DNA of 64,000 bases from NCBI GenBank assembly GCA_002502135.1, contig DAPM01000017.1:5548-69547 (forward strand), in the 5' to 3' direction. Shown piece by piece: positions 37,760 to 45,830 of the stretch. The position numbers were made by a program, and so were the translations under genes. Within the stretch, counting starts at the first letter, position 1. The number at the start of each line of letters is the position of its first letter. The DNA comes from an archaeon UBA543 (GTDB taxonomy: Archaea; Undinarchaeota; Undinarchaeia; Undinarchaeales; UBA543). The notes beneath the pieces were generated by a model. It was not told the DNA's origin. It was given only the letters and a program-made list of their open reading frames with translations, and did no database searches.

Positions 37760-38790
37760 TTTAACATATCCTCCACAATAACTTCATTTTTTGGAACGTC
37801 CCTTGCTGCTGTTTTTCCAACAACTTCCTCTACTCGCAGGAAGGGCAAGTCTTTTTCAACTCTTTTGAGATGAATATCATCAATTTTAATTTCGTCTCCA
37901 GCTTTCAGGTCTTTCTGAGCTAGAATGTGCTTTCTTACAAGTTTTCTGTACTCTTTCTCGCCGTCATTCAGAACATATTCTTTGCTTCCCAAACTCTTCT
38001 CAACTCTTCGCACATATTCCACGAACTTTTTGAACTCATCAGGATTCAAGGATGACTGGTAATCCACTCCTTTCTGGCTTCTGTCCCAAGTAATGTGCTT
38101 TTCCATTATCACTGCATTCATTCCCATTGGCATAAGTGGATATGGAACTGCAAGCTCATCATCACCATCAAGATGTCCCGCATAACCTACAGGCAATCCG
38201 AACTTCTCTTGAATCATTCTAATCCGCTCAAGATTTGTGTCCTCTAATTTTGTAGGGAAGTTCTGGAACCCGTGCATGATTGCGATTTCAGTTGCTCCAT
38301 ATTCCTTTGCTTTAGCAACAGCGTACTCTGCATCATCTAAGCTTGCGCCACCAACGTAAAGGAACACTGGTTTTCCTGTTTCAGCAACTTTTTTGATTAA
38401 AATTGAGTTTGTAATATCTGAGGAATGGATTTCATAAGCATCCAGATTGAATTGTTCCATATCTGCAAGGCTGGTTTCGCCAAAAACATCTGCAAAGACC
38501 ATTAATCCAAGATCTTTTGCATATTCAACAAGTCCTTTCCATTCATCAATTGGCATTTCACACTTTTTCAGAATTTCATAATATGAATATCCCGGTACTG
38601 AAATCTCATCTGCAAGAATTCTTTGCACTTTGACTGCATTAGCTCCGCCATCTGCAGAAGCTTTAATTATCTTTTTGGCAATTTCCACATTCCCGTCATG
38701 AGCATTTGCCATTTCTGCAATAACAAGTGTGTTCCTGCTATTGAATTCCTCTCCTTTGATTGTTATTTTCGGATTGTACATTCTTCCCAC
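37756..38790 (-). CDS. N-acetylneuraminate / nonulosonic acid synthase (NeuB/PseI/LegI family)
   Basis: 344 aa. NeuB TIM-barrel (IAEMANAHDG...GANAVKVQ) plus a C-terminal SAF/antifreeze-like domain. Confidence 0.8.
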   Translation of the reverse strand: MGRMYNPKITIKGEEFNSRNTLVIAEMANAHDGNVEIAKKIIKASADGGANAVKVQRILADEISVPGYSYYEILKKCEMPIDEWKGLVEYAKDLGLMVFADVFGETSLADMEQFNLDAYEIHSSDITNSILIKKVAETGKPVFLYVGGASLDDAEYAVAKAKEYGATEIAIMHGFQNFPTKLEDTNLERIRMIQEKFGLPVGYAGHLDGDDELAVPYPLMPMGMNAVIMEKHITWDRSQKGVDYQSSLNPDEFKKFVEYVRRVEKSLGSKEYVLNDGEKEYRKLVRKHILAQKDLKAGDEIKIDDIHLKRVEKDLPFLRVEEVVGKTAARDVPKNEVIVEDMLK

Positions 38791-38841
38791 CTAATTACTA
38801 TGAATTTTGATTTTTGCTTTAAATTGTTTATGATTTTACTT

Positions 38842-40686
38842 TCACAGCATGTTTTCAATGATCTTTGCAACTTCTACTGCTGCTGGTTTTCCCTTCTGCT
38901 TTACATACTGTTTTGCAAGTTCTTTAGCTTCTTCCGTTTTTCCTGTTCTAAGTATTCTGTCAAGTGCCTCACTTAATTCTTGCCCTGTTTTAACAATTTC
39001 AACCATTCCTTCTTTCCTTTTCGGGAAACTTGAAAGCGGAGCATTCATTGTGTTAATATAAATCACTGGCTTGCCATAAGCCATTGCTTCAAGTGCTACA
39101 GTTGATTTTGTTGTTACAAGAGCTGTACAACCTGCAAGAAGTTCTAAAAGATGTTTTTTTGTCAGTATGTTATTACTCACCCCATGCTTTTTCAACAGAG
39201 TCTTGTAAAGTCGTTCACTTTCTGCAGGATGAGGTTTTGAAACCACTTGCAAATTCCTGTATTTCTTTATTGTGTTGTAGAAAATATCATATGGGTGATA
39301 TGATGCACTTTCGGGAACGCAAGTTCCTCCAAAAACAATTATTGGTCTTGTTCTGTCAAGCCCAAGTGCAGTTAGCACATTATTTACCTTTTCCATACTG
39401 AGCTCCTTATTCTCTTTTCCTTCTGGTTGACCAACTGCAAACAATCGAGTTCTACTCACACCACTTCTCACAAGAGTTTCTACTGAAGATTGACCATATA
39501 CTGCCATTCTATCTGCATTAACTGGAACTCCTTTTGGTCTTTGGTCAAGAAGACCGTACCGCATTACAAAAGTTTTCAAGTTCTTCTGTTTTGCAATTGC
39601 AAGCAGTGTGTTTGGATATCTGCTCCAGTCATCAACACCACACACAATCTCTGGTTTTTCAGTATCAAGAATTTTGTTGAACACTTCAATTCTGATTAAA
39701 GTTTCAATAAATCTCTCGTAGAACAGGAATGAAAATAGTTTTGAGCAAACCGGCCACAACCTGACTCCTTTGTACTCGAATTTTGTTTTGAAGTTTTCAT
39801 TTTTCTCCAATTTGTCCAGAATACCTTCTAGTTTTTTCTGCAAACCCTCAATTTTTCTTATAATTTCTTTGTCAGCATAGTCTTGGAATCGCTCATATCT
39901 TATTCCAGCTTTCTTGAATTCATCTGAAACTTCTTTTCTAGGATCAAGTCCAACACACACCCTGTCACAATTCTGCAATTCTCTAGCCCATGGCAGAACC
40001 TTGTCAGTTTCACAGTGATCGTAGAAGAACAGAGTCTTAGGATCTTTAGATTCTGTTGGTTTTGGGGTTCTATTCTTCAAGCCTTTCAAAATCTTGTCAG
40101 CATGTCGACCTGTGAACAATTTCACTCCTCGGTCTTTGTTCTCATTGATTTTTCCAATAACTTTCAAGCCCATTGACTTTGCAACAAGTGCAAACACTTT
40201 CTGGTGCATACTTGAATTATTGAAAATAACAACCTGCTCAATCTTTTCTTTTTTCAAAACTCTAAATGCCTCGTCAATTGTTTTTATAATTGGAACCAGA
40301 TAGAAGCGCCATACTTCTGCAACATTTAAATTCCAGAGCTTCAAGCCCCTGTACTTCATTATTGAATCAATTCCTGCAATTGTTGATTCCATTTCTCGCA
40401 TAAACTGATAAGTATTATTCCAAGTTTCGTCATCCAGGAACTGTTCTGTTACTTCTGAAAGGCAGATATGAATGATTTCCTGCCTCTCTAGTTCCTGACT
40501 TGTCATGTAGTCAAGAGCAATTATTGAAATATCCTTGTATTTTTTCTCCAGACTACTAAGTTTTTGGTGCAGTCTTTTGAACATTACATCACTTTCACAA
40601 TCCTTTACAAAATCATAAACACCCCGAAGTGGGTGCGAGAACGCCATTTTCTGAACATCAAGTATAACTGCAGTTTTTTTTATCAT
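38842..40686 (-). CDS. Large GT-B-like glycosyltransferase with a K-x-H-P motif (candidate CMP-ulosonic acid transferase)
   Basis: 614 aa. The C-terminal half PIIVFGGT...VVSKPHPAE...ALVTTKSTVALEAMAYGKPVI looks like a GT-B C-domain with an HP motif. Such motifs are seen in KpsC/KpsS-type and sialyltransferase families. Family placement is tentative. Confidence 0.4.
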   Translation of the reverse strand: MIKKTAVILDVQKMAFSHPLRGVYDFVKDCESDVMFKRLHQKLSSLEKKYKDISIIALDYMTSQELERQEIIHICLSEVTEQFLDDETWNNTYQFMREMESTIAGIDSIMKYRGLKLWNLNVAEVWRFYLVPIIKTIDEAFRVLKKEKIEQVVIFNNSSMHQKVFALVAKSMGLKVIGKINENKDRGVKLFTGRHADKILKGLKNRTPKPTESKDPKTLFFYDHCETDKVLPWARELQNCDRVCVGLDPRKEVSDEFKKAGIRYERFQDYADKEIIRKIEGLQKKLEGILDKLEKNENFKTKFEYKGVRLWPVCSKLFSFLFYERFIETLIRIEVFNKILDTEKPEIVCGVDDWSRYPNTLLAIAKQKNLKTFVMRYGLLDQRPKGVPVNADRMAVYGQSSVETLVRSGVSRTRLFAVGQPEGKENKELSMEKVNNVLTALGLDRTRPIIVFGGTCVPESASYHPYDIFYNTIKKYRNLQVVSKPHPAESERLYKTLLKKHGVSNNILTKKHLLELLAGCTALVTTKSTVALEAMAYGKPVIYINTMNAPLSSFPKRKEGMVEIVKTGQELSEALDRILRTGKTEEAKELAKQYVKQKGKPAAVEVAKIIENML

Positions 40687-41381
40687 TTCTTTTTCTTTAG
40701 GAAGTCACTTCTAACAGATCTGTGCTGCATAATGAAATATGCAAACCAATACAGGTTGCCTACAACAGCCAGGCCCCATAACACCAGGTAAAGCTGGTTT
40801 AGCAGAGCCCCAACAGCAATAATGTTAATGTGCCACTGCCTTGCATAGAAGAATAGATTGTACCATTTCCCAAACCCGCTAAATTTCTTTTTAACTACTT
40901 TGTGTGGGATTTGGTTCAAGGTATAAAATCTTGCTGTGACATAAAATACTGTGAAGAAGTAAAGGCTGGCAAGTCCGAGAATCCAGATGTGAGTTACTGG
41001 ATAAATTCTGTATGCGCCAATTGTAATTGCAATTATCAGAAGTGGATCGAGTATTAAGTCAAGTGCCGAATCAAGATATCCGCCGTAATAGCTGGATTCT
41101 TTCCTGCATCTTGCAAGTTCGCCATCACAAAGATCAAGAATGTATCCGAATTCAAGCAGAACAGCTCCCCAGATCAGACATTTCCAAACTCCTGTTGTGA
41201 AAAGAGCAGCTCCTGCCATGCAAAACAAGAAACCGATAACAGTAACCTGATTTCCAGTAAGCGAAGTATGATTGTAAAGGAATGGAGTTATCCTTCTTGA
41301 GATTTTCCTGTGAACCCAATGAGTTATTAACTGGTCATTCTCCCTGTCAGGAACATCTTTTGTAGTGATTTTCTTTTTCAT
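40683..41381 (-). CDS. CDP-alcohol phosphatidyltransferase-family membrane enzyme
   Basis: 232 aa. DLCDGELARCRKESSYYGGYLDSALDLILD matches the D-G-x2-A-R-x8-G-x3-D-x3-D signature. Confidence 0.75.
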   Translation of the reverse strand: MKKKITTKDVPDRENDQLITHWVHRKISRRITPFLYNHTSLTGNQVTVIGFLFCMAGAALFTTGVWKCLIWGAVLLEFGYILDLCDGELARCRKESSYYGGYLDSALDLILDPLLIIAITIGAYRIYPVTHIWILGLASLYFFTVFYVTARFYTLNQIPHKVVKKKFSGFGKWYNLFFYARQWHINIIAVGALLNQLYLVLWGLAVVGNLYWFAYFIMQHRSVRSDFLKKKK

Positions 41382-42097
41382 TTGAGTAGTTTAGGATAAA
41401 TTTCGTTTTTAGCTTTTTCCAAATCATCTGGAAAGTCGATTTCAATCCACGGAAGTTTGTCAGTTGGCACAATTTTTATTGGAAATCCTTTTTCTGCAAG
41501 ATTTGTCAGTGCTGAAGTGTCGTAATCCATGAATCTGCCTTCTGCAAGTAGTGATTCAATTTCTGGAATTAGTTTTTTCCAGCCTTCTGAACTGAATTTG
41601 ATAATTCCAGTCCATTCTCCGCCTGCTTGGTCAAGTGGAATTGCCTTACTGGATTCAATTAAGTGTCCTTTCTCATCCAATTTGACTTTCATTGACTCTT
41701 CATCAAAAACTTCAGTGTCTGTAACAAGAACAATATCTCCCTCAGCGTCAATCGCTTTTTTTATTAGCTCATCGTGGTAGAGCAGGTCGCTGTGCAAGTA
41801 AAGAAACGGCTCGTCTCCTACTGCTTCTTTTCCGAACCAGAGCGAAGCCATGTCATTTGTAGTTTCGTAAAATGGATTGAACAGGTGAGTTACAGAATCT
41901 CCAAGTTTCTCATGAATTTTCTCTTTTTTCCAGCCACTAACAATTGCAATATCTGTAATTCCGTGCTTTTTCAGATTTTCAAGAGTGAGATCGAGAAGTG
42001 TTTTTCCTTCAGCAACTTCTGTAAGGCATTTCGGAATCTCAGAATCATTCCCGTATAACCGGGTTCCGCGCCCTGCTGCAACAATTACTGCTTTCAT
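41378..42097 (-). CDS. Nucleotidyltransferase (NTP_transf_3-like; candidate phosphonate- or alcohol-phosphate cytidylyltransferase)
   Basis: 239 aa. The N-terminus is MKAVIVAAGRGTRL. It overlaps both neighbours by 4 nt, consistent with an operon. Confidence 0.7.
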   Translation of the reverse strand: MKAVIVAAGRGTRLYGNDSEIPKCLTEVAEGKTLLDLTLENLKKHGITDIAIVSGWKKEKIHEKLGDSVTHLFNPFYETTNDMASLWFGKEAVGDEPFLYLHSDLLYHDELIKKAIDAEGDIVLVTDTEVFDEESMKVKLDEKGHLIESSKAIPLDQAGGEWTGIIKFSSEGWKKLIPEIESLLAEGRFMDYDTSALTNLAEKGFPIKIVPTDKLPWIEIDFPDDLEKAKNEIYPKLLK

Positions 42098-43047
42098 TCT
42101 AGTATTTTCTTGAAAATGTTAATCAAGTCCTCCTTTGAAACTTCTTTTGGATTATTATCAAGATGCCTTTTGTCTGGGAACACAACTTCTGCAAGTTCTT
42201 CAGCTGTTCCTGTAATCTCCACATTTCCTAGTCCTGTTTCTGTAATAATGCTTTTAATCTCTTGTGAAAGCGCAGGATCTGTTCCATTAAAGTCCATTGC
42301 GTGCGGAAGAACAATTGCAATTGCCTCTCCATGTGGAATTCCCTGGTTTGAGAGTGGATAAGAGAGTGCATGCGCAAGAGTTGTTCCAGAATTGCCGAAA
42401 GCTTTTCCAGCAACCAGACTTGCGTAAGACATCTGCTCTTTTGCCAATTCGTCACCTTCAATTGCTTTCTTGAGATTAATTTTGATTATGTCAATTGCTT
42501 CTTTTGCCAGTGTCTTGGTTGTTTCATCACTCTTTTTTGATTCAGAACATTCAACTGCATGAGCTAGAGCATCAATTCCTGTGCAGGCTGCGAGCTTCTT
42601 CGGCATTGTAAATGTGAGCTCAGGATCCACTAGCGCAACATCAGGAAGAAGGTTTTCGTTTTTAATTCCCTTTTTCTTGCCTTCCACTTTCAGGACAGCA
42701 TCATGGGTTACTTCACTTCCAGTTCCTGCAGTTGTTGGGATCATAATTTTCTTTGCATTTAGCTCCATTGCAGCGTATTTTGCAACATCCAAAACAGACC
42801 CTCCACCTAGTCCAATAATTGTGTCAGCCCCAAGTGCTTTAACTTTCTCAACAGTTTCCATACTTGGTTCTGGTTCTACATCTGAGAAGATTTTGATTTC
42901 ACCTAGAAGTGTTTTGATTTTGTCAACTGGTCCGCGTGTTAGCATACCTTTAGAAGTAACTAGAAGAACAGCGCCTTCTGTAAATTCAGGCAGTTTGCTG
43001 ATTGCTCCTCTTTCGAATATTATGTGCTCCGGCAGTATCAATTCCAT
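42094..43047 (-). CDS. Iron-containing (group III) alcohol dehydrogenase superfamily; candidate phosphonoacetaldehyde reductase
   Basis: 317 aa. The GLGGGSVLDVAKYAA NAD-binding motif and the His-rich metal-site region (AHAVEC...) are present. Confidence 0.65.
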   Translation of the reverse strand: MELILPEHIIFERGAISKLPEFTEGAVLLVTSKGMLTRGPVDKIKTLLGEIKIFSDVEPEPSMETVEKVKALGADTIIGLGGGSVLDVAKYAAMELNAKKIMIPTTAGTGSEVTHDAVLKVEGKKKGIKNENLLPDVALVDPELTFTMPKKLAACTGIDALAHAVECSESKKSDETTKTLAKEAIDIIKINLKKAIEGDELAKEQMSYASLVAGKAFGNSGTTLAHALSYPLSNQGIPHGEAIAIVLPHAMDFNGTDPALSQEIKSIITETGLGNVEITGTAEELAEVVFPDKRHLDNNPKEVSKEDLINIFKKILE

Positions 43048-43152
43048 ACAAAACAGGTGTTTGAATTGGGTATTTTAAGGTTATGCAAGTTTATAGCACC
43101 GAATAGTTTATCACAACCTTAATAACCACTTTTCAGAACACAATTCTTACAA

Positions 43153-43629
43153 ATGGTTAATACAAGTGAGTTTCTCGCTAAACTTTCAGAACTTGGATAC
43201 AATTTCTACGCTGGAGTACCTTGCTCTATTTTCAAAACTCTAATCAGCCAGCTAGAATCTGGAGATAATTACACACCAGTTACTCGAGAGGATGAAGGTC
43301 TTGGATTATGCACAGGGGCTCAGCTAGCTGGAAAGAAGCCTGTAATGGTTATGCAGAATTCCGGTCTTGGAAATTCAATTAATGTTCTGTCTTCACTGCT
43401 TCTACTCTACAAAATCCCGACACTCATGCTGATCAGCTGGAGGGGCGAGACAAAAGAGGATGCTCCTGAGCATTGGGTAATGGGAGAATCAATGACTAAA
43501 CTGCTTGATTCAATTGGTGTTCCGTATTTTATTTTTGAAACACTTGAGGATATGGAAAAAGCTAATGCAAAACTGACTGAAACAAACCAGCCAGTTGCAG
43601 TTATTTTCAAAAAGGGGTCACTTGAATGA
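43153..43629 (+). CDS. Phosphonopyruvate (or sulfopyruvate) decarboxylase, alpha subunit (TPP enzyme, PYR domain)
   Basis: 158 aa. The pattern is like split Ppd/ComD N-terminal halves. Its stop overlaps the start of the beta subunit. Confidence 0.7.
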   Translation: MVNTSEFLAKLSELGYNFYAGVPCSIFKTLISQLESGDNYTPVTREDEGLGLCTGAQLAGKKPVMVMQNSGLGNSINVLSSLLLLYKIPTLMLISWRGETKEDAPEHWVMGESMTKLLDSIGVPYFIFETLEDMEKANAKLTETNQPVAVIFKKGSLE

Positions 43630-44174
43630 AAACACAAGAAGCAGTTGCAAAAATAGTATCTCTTTTGAAAGGGGATGAAGTTATTATTTCTGCTAATGGT
43701 TTTATTTCACGAGAACTTCACGACACTGGCGACAATGAGCGGAATTTCTATATGATTGGCTCAATGGGAATGGGTGCATCAATTGGAGCTGGAATTGCAC
43801 TGAATTCTCAAAAGAAAGTGGTTGTTCTGGATGGCGACGGGAATGTTCTGATGAATCTGGGTGCGCTGGCTACAATTGGCAATAAAAAACCTGAGAATTT
43901 CCTTCATATTGTAATTGACAATGGTGTTTACGAATCAACTGGCTCTCAGAAAACTGTTTCTGCAACAATTGAGCTGGAAAATGTTGCAAAATCAGCTGGA
44001 TACACTACTTGTGTTAAAGTTTCTAATCTTGAAGAACTGGAATCAGCAATTGTCAGCGAGTACACTGGTTCGGTTTTCATTCGAGTAATAGTTGAAGCAG
44101 GCAAAAGAGAAGTTGGCAGAGTGCAGGCAAGCCCGGAAGAAATTGCAAACCGGCTCAGAACTTACCTTCCATAA
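43626..44174 (+). CDS. Phosphonopyruvate (or sulfopyruvate) decarboxylase, beta subunit (TPP-binding)
   Basis: 182 aa. LDGDGNVLMNLGALATIG...IVIDNG is the G-D-G...N-N TPP-binding motif. Confidence 0.75.
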   Translation: MKTQEAVAKIVSLLKGDEVIISANGFISRELHDTGDNERNFYMIGSMGMGASIGAGIALNSQKKVVVLDGDGNVLMNLGALATIGNKKPENFLHIVIDNGVYESTGSQKTVSATIELENVAKSAGYTTCVKVSNLEELESAIVSEYTGSVFIRVIVEAGKREVGRVQASPEEIANRLRTYLP

Positions 44175-44207
44175 CTCTTTTAACCTAAAATCAGGACGTT
44201 CAATTCA

Positions 44208-45830
44208 ATGACCAAGGCTAAAAAGCTCAGAGAACTGTTTGAAAGCAAGGATCTTGTACGGATCGTTGGAGCTCACAATGGACTAACTGCAAAACTTGTA
44301 GAGCTGAACGGTTTTGATGGTGTATGGGCTTCTGGTTTAGAAGTTTCAGCATCCAACGCTGTTCCTGATGCTAATATTCTCACAATGTCTGATTATCTTG
44401 CAGCAGCAGCCAGCATGAATGATGCTACAAGCATTCCAGTTGTTGTGGACTGCGATACTGGATACGGCAATTCAATGAATGTAATCCGAATGGTGAAGAA
44501 ATTCGAGGATGCCGGAATTGCTGCTGTTTGCATGGAGGACAAGAAATTCCCAAAAACCAACAGTTTGCTTGAAGGCGGGAAACAGGAGCTGGCTCCAATT
44601 GCTGAGTTTGTTGGCAAGATAATGGCTGCTAAGAATGCTCAGGAGTCAGATGATTTTATGGTTATTGCTCGTGTTGAGGCTTTGATTGCTGGCTGGGGAC
44701 AGGAAGAAGCACTCAAAAGAGCTCGCGCTTATGCTGATGCAGGCGCTGATGCAATTTTTATTCACTCAAAAAAGTCTGATCCTAAAGAAATTGAGGATTT
44801 CCTCAAAGCTTGGGACAATTACAAACCAGTTGTGTTGGTTCCAACAAATTATCCTAGCTTCACAGAAGCTCAGATGAAGCAGTATGGTGTGAAACTTGTT
44901 ATTTATGCTAATCACGGAATCCGGACAATTGTAAAACACGTTAATGAAACTCTTGCAGAAATTAAGGAAAAAGGGATTACTGAAATTGATTCTAAAATCG
45001 CTAGCGTGAAAGACCTTTTTGCTTTGCAGGAAATGGATAAATTCAAGGAAGATCAGGACAAGTTTGTCAGAACAAAAGAATCTGTAAAAGCAATTATTCC
45101 AGCTGCTGGGGACAGAAGCGTTGAACCTAGTTTGAAAGAACTTCTACAGGACAGACCACTTACAATGATTGATGTTAATGGAAAGTCAATTCTGCAGAGA
45201 AGTGTTGAGAATCTGAAGCAGTGCGGTGTTGATGACATCAAAGTTATTGGCGGTTACAAGGCAGAGCATGTTGTTGCTGATGATATTAATCTAGTTGTGA
45301 ATGAGGCATATGCTGACGGGCATATTATGGATTCAATTTCAAAAGCTGGAGAGGAATATGCTGAAAAGAATCTGATAATCTACTCTGACATTATTTTCGA
45401 AACAGAAATTCTTGATAAATTGCTAAAAACTGACAAGGATATTACACTTGTAATTGACAGTTCTGTTAGAAAGTCTGAAGTCAGGTCTGATATTGATCTT
45501 GTAATTGCTGAAAAGCCTCCTTTGGACGGCGAGAGAGTGATTAATGTTAATAAAGAGAATAAAATTCTGAACATTGGAAAGGATTTGGACAGAGAGAAGG
45601 CAAAACACGAGTTTGTTGGAATAGTTCTGCTTTCAAAAATTGGAATGCAGAAGCTGATGCAGGTTTACAAGGATGCTGGAGATCAGAAAATGGGTCTCTG
45701 CACTGCGATTCAGAAGCTTATTGATTCTGGTGAGGCTGTTAATTCACTTGAAATCAGCAGAGGGTGGAGTGAAATTCACGATTTTGAAGATTATAAGAAA
45801 GTTTCTGAGATGTTGGCTACTGAAAATTAA
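44208..45830 (+). CDS. Phosphoenolpyruvate phosphomutase (PepM) fused to a C-terminal nucleotidyltransferase domain
   Basis: 540 aa. The N-terminal ~290 aa belong to the ICL/PEP-mutase superfamily and carry the PepM-diagnostic EDKKFPKTNS (EDKX5NS). The C-terminal ~230 aa are AIIPAAGDRS...IDVNGKSIL, an NTP-transferase fold. Confidence 0.85.
   Translation: MTKAKKLRELFESKDLVRIVGAHNGLTAKLVELNGFDGVWASGLEVSASNAVPDANILTMSDYLAAAASMNDATSIPVVVDCDTGYGNSMNVIRMVKKFEDAGIAAVCMEDKKFPKTNSLLEGGKQELAPIAEFVGKIMAAKNAQESDDFMVIARVEALIAGWGQEEALKRARAYADAGADAIFIHSKKSDPKEIEDFLKAWDNYKPVVLVPTNYPSFTEAQMKQYGVKLVIYANHGIRTIVKHVNETLAEIKEKGITEIDSKIASVKDLFALQEMDKFKEDQDKFVRTKESVKAIIPAAGDRSVEPSLKELLQDRPLTMIDVNGKSILQRSVENLKQCGVDDIKVIGGYKAEHVVADDINLVVNEAYADGHIMDSISKAGEEYAEKNLIIYSDIIFETEILDKLLKTDKDITLVIDSSVRKSEVRSDIDLVIAEKPPLDGERVINVNKENKILNIGKDLDREKAKHEFVGIVLLSKIGMQKLMQVYKDAGDQKMGLCTAIQKLIDSGEAVNSLEISRGWSEIHDFEDYKKVSEMLATEN

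Noticed and set aside
43153-44174. Coenzyme M sulfopyruvate decarboxylase ComDE
   Set aside because: The split alpha/beta architecture is the same, but it is immediately followed by a PepM carrying the EDKX5NS motif, and no other coenzyme M genes (ComA/B/C) are nearby. Phosphonopyruvate decarboxylase is favoured, though phylogeny would be needed to be certain.
42094-45830. Methylphosphonate (MpnS) pathway as in Nitrosopumilus
   Set aside because: No cupin/HppE-like MpnS or HEPD homolog and no sulfatase genes are present in the window. The module therefore ends at a 2-HEP/2-AEP-type product that is activated and transferred rather than converted to methylphosphonate.
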